Source: the human T2T-CHM13v2.0 reference genome, Homo sapiens. From it: a stretch of DNA of 64,000 nt. This document shows positions 40,301 through 52,245 of the stretch, in pieces. Below the pieces are notes generated by a model, which ran no database searches, was not told the origin of the DNA, and saw only the letters and a list, made by a program, of their open reading frames with translations. Each line of letters starts with the position of its first letter. Within the stretch, counting starts at the first letter, position 1. The translations under genes were made by a program, and so were the position numbers. The DNA lies in NCBI RefSeq assembly GCF_009914755.1, contig NC_060942.1. One strand, 5' to 3'.

Positions 40301-41385
40301 CAGGGCTAAGGTGAAAAAGGAAATATCTTCCCATAAAAACTGGACAGAAGCATTCTCAGAAACTTGTTTATGCTGTATCTACTCAACTAACAAAGTTGAA
40401 CCTTTCTTTTGATAGAGCAGTTTTGAAATGGTCTTTTTGTGGAATCTGCAAGTGGATATTTGGCTAGTTTTGAGGATTTCGTTGGAAGCGGGAATTCATA
40501 CAAATTGCAGACTGCAGCGTTCTGAGAAACATCTTTGTGATGTTTGTATTCAGGACACAGAGTTGAACATTCCCTATCATAGAGCAGGTTGGAATCACTC
40601 CTTTTGTAGTATCTGGAAGTGGACATTTGGAGCGCTTTCAGGCCTATTTTGGAAAGGGAAATATCTTCCCGTAACAACTATGCAGAAGCATTCTCAGAAA
40701 CTTGTTTGTGATGTGTGCCCTCTACTGACAGAGTTGAACCTTTCTTTTCATAGAGCAGTTTTGAAACACTCTTTTTGTAGAATCTGCAAGAGGATATTTG
40801 CATAGCTTTGAGGATTTCGTGGGAAACGGGATTGTCTTCAGGTAAAATCTAGACAGAAGCATTCTCAGAAACTTCTTTGGGATGTTTGCATTCAAGTCAC
40901 AGAGTAGAACATTCCCTTTGGTAGAGCAGGTTTGAAACACTCTTTTTGTAGTATCTGGAAGTGGACATTTGGAGCGCTTTCAGGCCCATGTTGGAAAGGG
41001 AAATATCTTCCCGTAACAACTAGGCAGAAGCATTCTCAGAAACTTATTTGAGATGTGTGTACTCAACTAAGAGAATTGAACCACCGTTTTGAAGGAGCAG
41101 TTTTGAAACACTCTTTTTCTGGAATCTGCAAGAGTATATTTGCCTAGCCTTGAGGATTTCGTTGGAAACGGGATTGTCTTCAGAGAAAATCTAGACAGAA
41201 GCATTCTCAGAAACTTCTTTGGGATGTTTGCATTCAAGTCACAGAGTAGAACATTCCCTTTGGTAGAGCAGGTTTGAAACACTCTTTTTGTAGTATCTGG
41301 AAGTGGACATTTGGAGCGCTTTCAGGCCTACGTTGGAAAAGGAAATATCTTCCCATAACAACTAGACAGAAGCATTCTCAGAAAC
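37316..41385 (+). repeat. Two 12-mer HORs
   Basis: Unit starts 37316 and 39351; marker SNVs 37925T and 39268A. Confidence 0.95.
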
Positions 41386-44300
41386 TAGTTTCTGATGTGT
41401 GTCCTCAACTAACACAGTTGAACATTTCTTTAGACAGAACAGTTTTGAAACACTCTTTTTGTGGAATCTGCAAGTGGCTATTTGGCTAGATTTGAGGATT
41501 TCGTTGGAAACGGGATTACATATAAAAAGCAGTCAGCAGCATTCTCAGAAAGTTCTTTGTGATGATTGCATTCAAGTCACAGAATTGAACATTCCCTTTC
41601 ACAGAGCAGGTTTGAAACACTCTTTTTGTAGTGTGTGTAAGTGGACATTTGGAGCACTTACCGGCCTAAGGTGAAAAAGGAAATATCTTCCCATAAAAAC
41701 TAGACAGAAGCATTCTCAGAAACTTACTCGTGATGTGTGTCCTCAACTAAAGGAGTAGAACCTTTCTTTTCATAGAGAAGTTTTGAAACGCTCTTTTTGT
41801 GGAATCTGCAAGTGGATATTTGGCTAGTTTTGAGGATTTCGTTGGAAGCGGGAATTCATACAAATTGCAGACTGCAGCGTTCTGAGAAACATCTTTGTGA
41901 TGTTTGTATTCAGGACACAGAGTTGAACATTCCCTATCATAGAGCAGGTTGGAATCACTCCTTTTGTAGTATCTGGAAGTGGACATTTGGAGCGCTTTCA
42001 GGCCTATTTTGGAAAGGGAAATATCTTCCCGTAACAACTATGCAGAAGCATTCTCAGAAACTTGTTTGTGATGTGTGCCCTCTACTGACAGAGTTGAACC
42101 TTTCTTTTCATAGAGCAGTTTTGAAACACTCTTTTTGTAGAATCTGCAAGAGGATATTTGCATAGCTTTGAGGATTTCGTGGGAAACGGGATTGTCTTCA
42201 GGTAAAATCTAGACAGAAGCATTCTCAGAAACTTCTTTGGGATGTTTGCATTCAAGTCACAGAGTAGAACATTCCCTTTGGTAGAGCAGGTTTGAAACAC
42301 TCTTTTTGTAGTATCTGGAAGTGGACATTTGGAGCGCTTTCAGGCCCATGTTGGAAAGGGAAATATCTTCCCGTAACAACTAGGCAGAAGCATTCTCAGA
42401 AACTTATTTGAGATGTGTGTACTCAACTAAGAGAATTGAACCACCGTTTTGAAGGAGCAGTTTTGAAACACTCTTTTTCTGGAATCTGCAAGAGTATATT
42501 TGCCTAGCCTTGAGGATTTCGTTGGAAACGGGATTGTCTTCAGAGAAAATCTAGACAGAAGCATTCTCAGAAACTTCTTTGGGATGTTTGCATTCAAGTC
42601 ACAGAGTAGAACATTCCCTTTGGTAGAGCAGGTTTGAAACACTCTTTTTGTAGTATCTGGAAGTGGACATTTGGAGCGCTTTCAGGCCTACGTTGGAAAA
42701 GGAAATATCTTCCCATAACAACTAGACAGAAGCATTCTCAGAAACTAGTTTCTGATGTGTGTCCTCAACTAACACAGTTGAACATTTCTTTAGACAGAAC
42801 AGTTTTGAAACACTCTTTTTGTGGAATCTGCAAGTGGCTATTTGGCTAGATTTGAGGATTTCGTTGGAAACGGGATTACATATAAAAAGCAGTCAGCAGC
42901 ATTCTCAGAAAGTTCTTTGTGATGATTGCATTCAAGTCACAGAATTGAACATTCCCTTTCACAGAGCAGGTTTGAAACACTCTTTTTGTAGTGTGTGTAA
43001 GTGGACATTTGGAGCACTTACCGGCCTAAGGTGAAAAAGGAAATATCTTCCCATAAAAACTAGACAGAAGCATTCTCAGAAACTTACTCGTGATGTGTGT
43101 CCTCAACTAAAGGAGTAGAACCTTTCTTTTCATAGAGAAGTTTTGAAACGCTCTTTTTGTGGAATCTGCAAGTGGATATTTGGCTAGTTTTGAGGATTTC
43201 GTTGGAAGCGGGAATTCATACAAATTGCAGACTGCAGCGTTCTGAGAAACATCTTTGTGATGTTTGTATTCAGGACACAGAGTTGAACATTCCCTATCAT
43301 AGAGCAGGTTGGAATCACTCCTTTTGTAGTATCTGGAAGTGGACATTTGGAGCGCTTTCAGGCCTATTTTGGAAAGGGAAATATCTTCCCGTAACAACTA
43401 TGCAGAAGCATTCTCAGAAACTTGTTTGTGATGTGTGCCCTCTACTGACAGAGTTGAACCTTTCTTTTCATAGAGCAGTTTTGAAACACTCTTTTTGTAG
43501 AATCTGCAAGAGGATATTTGCATAGCTTTGAGGATTTCGTGGGAAACGGGATTGTCTTCAGGTAAAATCTAGACAGAAGCATTCTCAGAAACTTCTTTGG
43601 GATGTTTGCATTCAAGTCACAGAGTAGAACATTCCCTTTGGTAGAGCAGGTTTGAAACACTCTTTTTGTAGTATCTGGAAGTGGACATTTGGAGCGCTTT
43701 CAGGCCCATGTTGGAAAGGGAAATATCTTCCCGTAACAACTAGGCAGAAGCATTCTCAGAAACTTATTTGAGATGTGTGTACTCAACTAAGAGAATTGAA
43801 CCACCGTTTTGAAGGAGCAGTTTTGAAACACTCTTTTTCTGGAATCTGCAAGAGTATATTTGCCTAGCCTTGAGGATTTCGTTGGAAACGGGATTGTCTT
43901 CAGAGAAAATCTAGACAGAAGCATTCTCAGAAACTTCTTTGGGATGTTTGCATTCAAGTCACAGAGTAGAACATTCCCTTTGGTAGAGCAGGTTTGAAAC
44001 ACTCTTTTTGTAGTATCTGGAAGTGGACATTTGGAGCGCTTTCAGGCCTACGTTGGAAAAGGAAATATCTTCCCATAACAACTAGACAGAAGCATTCTCA
44101 GAAACTAGTTTCTGATGTGTGTCCTCAACTAACACAGTTGAACATTTCTTTAGACAGAACAGTTTTGAAACACTCTTTTTGTGGAATCTGCAAGTGGCTA
44201 TTTGGCTAGATTTGAGGATTTCGTTGGAAACGGGATTACATATAAAAAGCAGTCAGCAGCATTCTCAGAAAGTTCTTTGTGATGATTGCATTCAAGTCAC

Positions 44301-45465
44301 AGAATTGAACATTCCCTTTCACAGAGCAGGTTTGAAACACTCTTTTTGTAGTGTGTGTAAGTGGACATTTGGAGCACTTACCGGCCTAAGGTGAAAAAGG
44401 AAATATCTTCCCATAAAAACTAGACAGAAGCATTCTCAGAAACTTACTCGTGATGTGTGTCCTCAACTAAAGGAGTAGAACCTTTCTTTTCATAGAGAAG
44501 TTTTGAAACGCTCTTTTTGTGGAATCTGCAAGTGGATATTTGGCTAGTTTTGAGGATTTCGTTGGAAGCGGGAATTCATACAAATTGCAGACTGCAGCGT
44601 TCTGAGAAACATCTTTGTGATGTTTGTATTCAGGACACAGAGTTGAACATTCCCTATCATAGAGCAGGTTGGAATCACTCCTTTTGTAGTATCTGGAAGT
44701 GGACATTTGGAGCGCTTTCAGGCCTATTTTGGAAAGGGAAATATCTTCCCGTAACAACTATGCAGAAGCATTCTCAGAAACTTGTTTGTGATGTGTGCCC
44801 TCTACTGACAGAGTTGAACCTTTCTTTTCATAGAGCAGTTTTGAAACACTCTTTTTGTAGAATCTGCAAGAGGATATTTGCATAGCTTTGAGGATTTCGT
44901 GGGAAACGGGATTGTCTTCAGGTAAAATCTAGACAGAAGCATTCTCAGAAACTTCTTTGGGATGTTTGCATTCAAGTCACAGAGTAGAACATTCCCTTTG
45001 GTAGAGCAGGTTTGAAACACTCTTTTTGTAGTATCTGGAAGTGGACATTTGGAGCGCTTTCAGGCCCATGTTGGAAAGGGAAATATCTTCCCGTAACAAC
45101 TAGGCAGAAGCATTCTCAGAAACTTATTTGAGATGTGTGTACTCAACTAAGAGAATTGAACCACCGTTTTGAAGGAGCAGTTTTGAAACACTCTTTTTCT
45201 GGAATCTGCAAGAGTATATTTGCCTAGCCTTGAGGATTTCGTTGGAAACGGGATTGTCTTCAGAGAAAATCTAGACAGAAGCATTCTCAGAAACTTCTTT
45301 GGGATGTTTGCATTCAAGTCACAGAGTAGAACATTCCCTTTGGTAGAGCAGGTTTGAAACACTCTTTTTGTAGTATCTGGAAGTGGACATTTGGAGCGCT
45401 TTCAGGCCTACGTTGGAAAAGGAAATATCTTCCCATAACAACTAGACAGAAGCATTCTCAGAAAC
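41386..45465 (+). repeat. Three tandem 8-mer HOR variants (second block)
   Basis: Unit starts 41386, 42746, 44106; same junction as the first block, offset +14930. Confidence 0.97.
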
Positions 45466-48400
45466 TAGTTTCTGATGTGTGTCCTCAACTAACACAGTTG
45501 AACATTTCTTTAGACAGAACAGTTTTGAAACACTCTTTTTGTGGAATCTGCAAGTGGCTATTTGGCTAGATTTGAGGATTTCGTTGGAAACGGGATTACA
45601 TATAAAAAGCAGTCAGCAGCATTCTCAGAAAGTTCTTTGTGATGATTGCATTCAAGTCACAGAATTGAACATTCCCTTTCACAGAGCAGGTTTGAAACAC
45701 TCTTTTTGTAGTGTGTGTAAGTGGACATTTGGAGCACTTACCGGCCTAAGGTGAAAAAGGAAATATCTTCCCATAAAAACTAGACAGAAGCATTCTCAGA
45801 AACTTACTCGTGATGTGTGTCCTCAACTAAAGGAGTAGAACCTTTCTTTTCATAGAGAAGTTTTGAAACGCTCTTTTTGTGGAATCTGCAAGTGGATATT
45901 TGGCTAGTTTTGAGGATTTCGTTGGAAGCGGGAATTCATACAAATTGCAGACTGCAGCGTTCTGAGAAACATCTTTGTGATGTTTGTATTCAGGACACAG
46001 AGTTGAACATTCCCTATCATAGAGCAGGTTTGAATCACTCCTTTTGTAGTATCTGGAAGTGGACATTTGGAGCGCTTTCAGGCCTATGTTGGAAAAGGAA
46101 ATATCTTCCCATAACAACTAGACAGAAGCATTCTCAGAAACTTATTTGAGATGTGTGTACTCAACTAAGAGAATTGAACCACCGTTTTGAAGGAGCAGTT
46201 TTGAAACTCTCTTTTTCTGGAATCTGCAAGTGGATATTTGGCTAGCTTTGGGGATTTCGCTGGAAGCGGGAATACATATAAAAAGCACACAGCAGCGTTC
46301 TGAGAAACTGCTTTCTGATGTTTGCATTCAAGTCAAAAGTTGAACACTCCCTTTCATAGAGCAGTCTTGAAACACCCCTTTTGTAGTATCTGGACCTGGA
46401 CTTTTGGAGCGATTTCAGGGCTAAGGTGAAAAAGGAAATATCTTCCCATAAAAACTGGACAGAAGCATTCTCAGAAACTTGGTTATGCTGTATCTACTCA
46501 ACTAACAAAGTTGAACCTTTCTTTTGATAGAGCAGTTTTGAAATGGTCTTTTTGTGGAATCTGCAAGTGGATATTTGGCTAGTTTTGAGGATTTCGTTGG
46601 AAGCGGGAATTCATACAAATTGCAGACTGCAGCGTTCTGAGAAACATCTTTGTGATGTTTGTATTCAGGACACAGAGTTGAACATTCCCTATCATAGAGC
46701 AGGTTGGAATCACTCCTTTTGTAGTATCTGGAAGTGGACATTTGGAGCGCTTTCAGGCCTATTTTGGAAAGGGAAATATCTTCCCGTAACAACTATGCAG
46801 AAGCATTCTCAGAAACTTGTTTGTGATGTGTGCCCTCTACTGACAGAGTTGAACCTTTCTTTTCATAGAGCAGTTTTGAAACACTCTTTTTGTAGAATCT
46901 GCAAGAGGATATTTGCATAGCTTTGAGGATTTCGTGGGAAACGGGATTGTCTTCAGGTAAAATCTAGACAGAAGCATTCTCAGAAACTTCTTTGGGATGT
47001 TTGCATTCAAGTCACAGAGTAGAACATTCCCTTTGGTAGAGCAGGTTTGAAACACTCTTTTTGTAGTATCTGGAAGTGGACATTTGGAGCGCTTTCAGGC
47101 CCATGTTGGAAAGGGAAATATCTTCCCGTAACAACTAGGCAGAAGCATTCTCAGAAACTTATTTGAGATGTGTGTACTCAACTAAGAGAATTGAACCACC
47201 GTTTTGAAGGAGCAGTTTTGAAACACTCTTTTTCTGGAATCTGCAAGAGTATATTTGCCTAGCCTTGAGGATTTCGTTGGAAACGGGATTGTCTTCAGAG
47301 AAAATCTAGACAGAAGTATTCTCAGAAACTTCTTTGGGATGTTTGCATTCAAGTCACAGAGTAGAACATTCCCTTTGGTAGAGCAGGTTTGAAACACTCT
47401 TTTTGTAGTATCTGGAAGTGGACATTTGGAGCGCTTTCAGGCCTACGTTGGAAAAGGAAATATCTTCCCATAACAACTAGACAGAAGCATTCTCAGAAAC
47501 TAGTTTCTGATGTGTGTCCTCAACTAACACAGTTGAACATTTCTTTAGACAGAACAGTTTTGAAACACTCTTTTTGTGGAATCTGCAAGTGGCTATTTGG
47601 CTAGATTTGAGGATTTCGTTGGAAACGGGATTACATATAAAAAGCAGTCAGCAGCATTCTCAGAAAGTTCTTTGTGATGATTGCATTCAAGTCACAGAAT
47701 TGAACATTCCCTTTCACAGAGCAGGTTTGAAACACTCTTTTTGTAGTGTGTGTAAGTGGACATTTGGAGCACTTACCGGCCTAAGGTGAAAAAGGAAATA
47801 TCTTCCCATAAAAACTAGACAGAAGCATTCTCAGAAACTTACTCGTGATGTGTGTCCTCAACTAAAGGAGTAGAACCTTTCTTTTCATAGAGAAGTTTTG
47901 AAACGCTCTTTTTGTGGAATCTGCAAGTGGATATTTGGCTAGTTTTGAGGATTTCGTTGGAAGCGGGAATTCATACAAATTGCAGACTGCAGCGTTCTGA
48001 GAAACATCTTTGTGATGTTTGTATTCAGGACACAGAGTTGAACATTCCCTATCATAGAGCAGGTTTGAATCACTCCTTTTGTAGTATCTGGAAGTGGACA
48101 TTTGGAGCGCTTTCAGGCCTATGTTGGAAAAGGAAATATCTTCCCATAACAACTAGACAGAAGCATTCTCAGAAACTTATTTGAGATGTGTGTACTCAAC
48201 TAAGAGAATTGAACCACCGTTTTGAAGGAGCAGTTTTGAAACTCTCTTTTTCTGGAATCTGCAAGTGGATATTTGGCTAGCTTTGGGGATTTCGCTGGAA
48301 GCGGGAATACATATAAAAAGCACACAGCAGCGTTCTGAGAAACTGCTTTCTGATGTTTGCATTCAAGTCAAAAGTTGAACACTCCCTTTCATAGAGCAGT

Positions 48401-49535
48401 CTTGAAACACCCCTTTTGTAGTATCTCGACCTGGACTTTTGGAGCGATTTCAGGGCTAAGGTGAAAAAGGAAATATCTTCCCATAAAAACTGGACAGAAG
48501 CATTCTCAGAAACTTGGTTATGCTGTATCTACTCAACTAACAAAGTTGAACCTTTCTTTTGATAGAGCAGTTTTGAAATGGTCTTTTTGTGGAATCTGCA
48601 AGTGGATATTTGGCTAGTTTTGAGGATTTCGTTGGAAGCGGGAATTCATACAAATTGCAGACTGCAGCGTTCTGAGAAACATCTTTGTGATGTTTGTATT
48701 CAGGACACAGAGTTGAACATTCCCTATCATAGAGCAGGTTGGAATCACTCCTTTTGTAGTATCTGGAAGTGGACATTTGGAGCGCTTTCAGGCCTATTTT
48801 GGAAAGGGAAATATCTTCCCGTAACAACTATGCAGAAGCATTCTCAGAAACTTGTTTGTGATGTGTGCCCTCTACTGACAGAGTTGAACCTTTCTTTTCA
48901 TAGAGCAGTTTTGAAACACTCTTTTTGTAGAATCTGCAAGAGGATATTTGCATAGCTTTGAGGATTTCGTGGGAAACGGGATTGTCTTCAGGTAAAATCT
49001 AGACAGAAGCATTCTCAGAAACTTCTTTGGGATGTTTGCATTCAAGTCACAGAGTAGAACATTCCCTTTGGTAGAGCAGGTTTGAAACACTCTTTTTGTA
49101 GTATCTGGAAGTGGACATTTGGAGCGCTTTCAGGCCCATGTTGGAAAGGGAAATATCTTCCCGTAACAACTAGGCAGAAGCATTCTCAGAAACTTATTTG
49201 AGATGTGTGTACTCAACTAAGAGAATTGAACCACCGTTTTGAAGGAGCAGTTTTGAAACACTCTTTTTCTGGAATCTGCAAGAGTATATTTGCCTAGCCT
49301 TGAGGATTTCGTTGGAAACGGGATTGTCTTCAGAGAAAATCTAGACAGAAGCATTCTCAGAAACTTCTTTGGGATGTTTGCATTCAAGTCACAGAGTAGA
49401 ACATTCCCTTTGGTAGAGCAGGTTTGAAACACTCTTTTTTTAGTATATGGAAGTGGACATTTTGATCGCTTTCAGGCCTACGTTGGAAAAGGAAATATCT
49501 TCCCATAACAACTAGACAGAAGCATTCTCAGAAAC
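45466..49535 (+). repeat. Two 12-mer HORs
   Basis: Unit starts 45466 and 47501; marker SNVs 46395C, 47317T, 48427C, 48430C. Confidence 0.95.
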
Positions 49536-52245
49536 TAGTTTCTGATGTGTGTCCTCAACTAACACAGTTGAACATTTCTTTAGACAGAACAGTTTTGAAA
49601 CACTCTTTTTGTGGAATCTGCAAGTGGCTATTTGGCTGGATTTGAGGATTTCGTTGGAAACGGGATTACATATAAAAAGCAGTCAGCAGCATTCTCAGAA
49701 AGTTCTTTGTGATGATTGCATTCAAGTCACAGAATTGAACATTCCCTTTCACAGAGCAGGTTTGAAACACTCTTTTTGTAGTGTGTGTAAGTGGACATTT
49801 GGAGCACTTACCGGCCTAAGGTGAAAAAGGAAATATCTTCCCATAAAAACTAGACAGAAGCATTCTCAGAAACTTACTCGTGATGTGTGTCCTCAACTAA
49901 AGGAGTAGAACCTTTCTTTTCATAGAGAAGTTTTGAAACGCTCTTTTTGTGGAATCTGCAAGTGGATATTTGGCTAGTTTTGAGGATTTCGTTGGAAGCG
50001 GGAATTCATACAAATTGCAGACTGCAGCGTTCTGAGAAACATCTTTGTGATGTTTGTATTCAGGACACAGAGTTGAACATTCCCTATCATAGAGCAGGTT
50101 TGAATCACTCCTTTTGTAGTATCTGGAAGTGGACATTTGGAGCGCTTTCAGGCCTATGTTGGAAAAGGAAATATCTTCCCATAACAACTAGACAGAAGCA
50201 TTCTCAGAAACTTATTTGAGATGTGTGTACTCAACTAAGAGAATTGAACCACCGTTTTGAAGGAGCAGTTTTGAAACTCTCTTTTTCTGGAATCTGCAAG
50301 TGGATATTTGGCTAGCTTTGGGGATTTCGCTGGAAGCGGGAATACATATAAAAAGCACACAGCAGCGTTCTGAGAAACTGCTTTCTGATGTTTGCATTCA
50401 AGTCAAAAGTTGAACACTCCCTTTCATAGAGCAGTCTTGAAACACCCCTTTTGTAGTATCTGGAACTGGACTTTTGGAGCGATTTCAGGGCTAAGGTGAA
50501 AAAGGAAATATCTTCCCATAAAAACTGGACAGAAGCATTCTCAGAAACTTGTTTATGCTGTATCTACTCAACTAACAAAGTTGAACCTTTCTTTTGATAG
50601 AGCAGTTTTGAAATGGTCTTTTTGTGGAATCTGCAAGTGGATATTTGGCTAGTTTTGAGGATTTCGTTGGAAGCGGGAATTCATACAAATTGCAGACTGC
50701 AGCGTTCTGAGAAACATCTTTGTGATGTTTGTATTCAGGACACAGAGTTGAACAATCCCTATCATAGAGCAGGTTGGAATCACTCCTTTTGTAGTATCTG
50801 GAAGTGGACATTTGGAGCGCTTTCAGGCCTATGTTGGAAAAGGAAATATCTTCCCATAACAACTAGACAGAAGCATTCTCAGAAACTTATTTGAGATGTG
50901 TGTACTCAACTAAGAGAATTGAACCACCGTTTTGAAGGAGCAGTTTTGAAACTCTCTTTTTCTGGAATCTGCAAGTGGATATTTGGCTAGCTTTGGGGAT
51001 TTCGCTGGAAGCGGGAATACATATAAAAAGCACACAGCAGCGTTCTGAGAAACTGCTTTCTGATGTTTGCATTCAAGTCAAAAGTTGAACACTCCCTTTC
51101 ATAGAGCAGTCTTGTAACACCCGTTTTGTAGTATCTGGAACTGGACTTTTGGAGCGATTTCAGGGCTAAGGTGAAAAAGGAAATATCTTCCCATAAAAAC
51201 TGGACAGAAGCATTCTCAGAAACTTGTTTATGCTGTAACTACTCAACTAACAAAGTTGAACCTTTCTTTTGATAGAGCAGTTTTGAAATGGTCTTTTTGT
51301 GGAATCTGCAAGTGGATATTTGGCTAGTTTTGAGGATTTCGTTGGAAGCGGGAATTCATACAAATTGCAGACTGCAGCGTTCTGAGAAACATCTTTGTGA
51401 TGTTTGTATTCAGGACACAGAGTTGAACATTCCCTATCATAGAGCAGGTTGGAATCACTCCTTTTGTAGTATCTGGAAGTGGACATTTGGAGCGCTTTCA
51501 GGCCTATTTTGGAAAGGGAAATATCTTCCCGTAACAACTATGCAGAAGCATTCTCAGAAACTTGTTTGTGATGTGTGCCCTCTACTGACAGAGTTGAACC
51601 TTTCTTTTCATAGAGCAGTTTTGAAACACTCTTTTTGTAGAATCTGCAAGAGGATATTTGCATAGCTTTGAGGATTTCGTGGGAAACGGGATTGTCTTCA
51701 GGTAAAATCTAGACAGAAGCATTCTCAGAAACTTCTTTGGGATGTTTGCATTCAAGTCACAGAGTAGAACATTCCCTTTGGTAGAGCAGGTTTGAAACAC
51801 TCTTTTTGTAGTATCTGGAAGTGGACATTTGGAGCGCTTTCAGGCCCATGTTGGAAAGGGAAATATCTTCCCGTAACAACTAGGCAGAAGCATTCTCAGA
51901 AACTTATTTGAGATGTGTGTACTCAACTAAGAGAATTGAACCACCGTTTTGAAGGAGCAGTTTTGAAACACTCTTTTTCTGGAATCTGCAAGAGTATATT
52001 TGCCTAGCCTTGAGGATTTCGTTGGAAACGGGATTGTCTTCAGAGAAAATCTAGACAGAAGCATTCTCAGAAACTTCTTTGGGATGTTTGCATTCAAGTC
52101 ACAGAGTAGAACATTCCCTTTGGTAGAGCAGGTTTGAAACACTCTTTTTTTAGTATATGGAAGTGGACATTTTGATCGTTTTCAGGCCTACGTTGGAAAA
52201 GGAAATATCTTCCCATAACAACTAGACAGAAGCATTCTCAGAAAC
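49536..52245 (+). repeat. 16-mer HOR variant (second copy)
   Basis: 2710-bp spacing and the same private SNVs as 34606-37315 at +14930. Confidence 0.97.
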
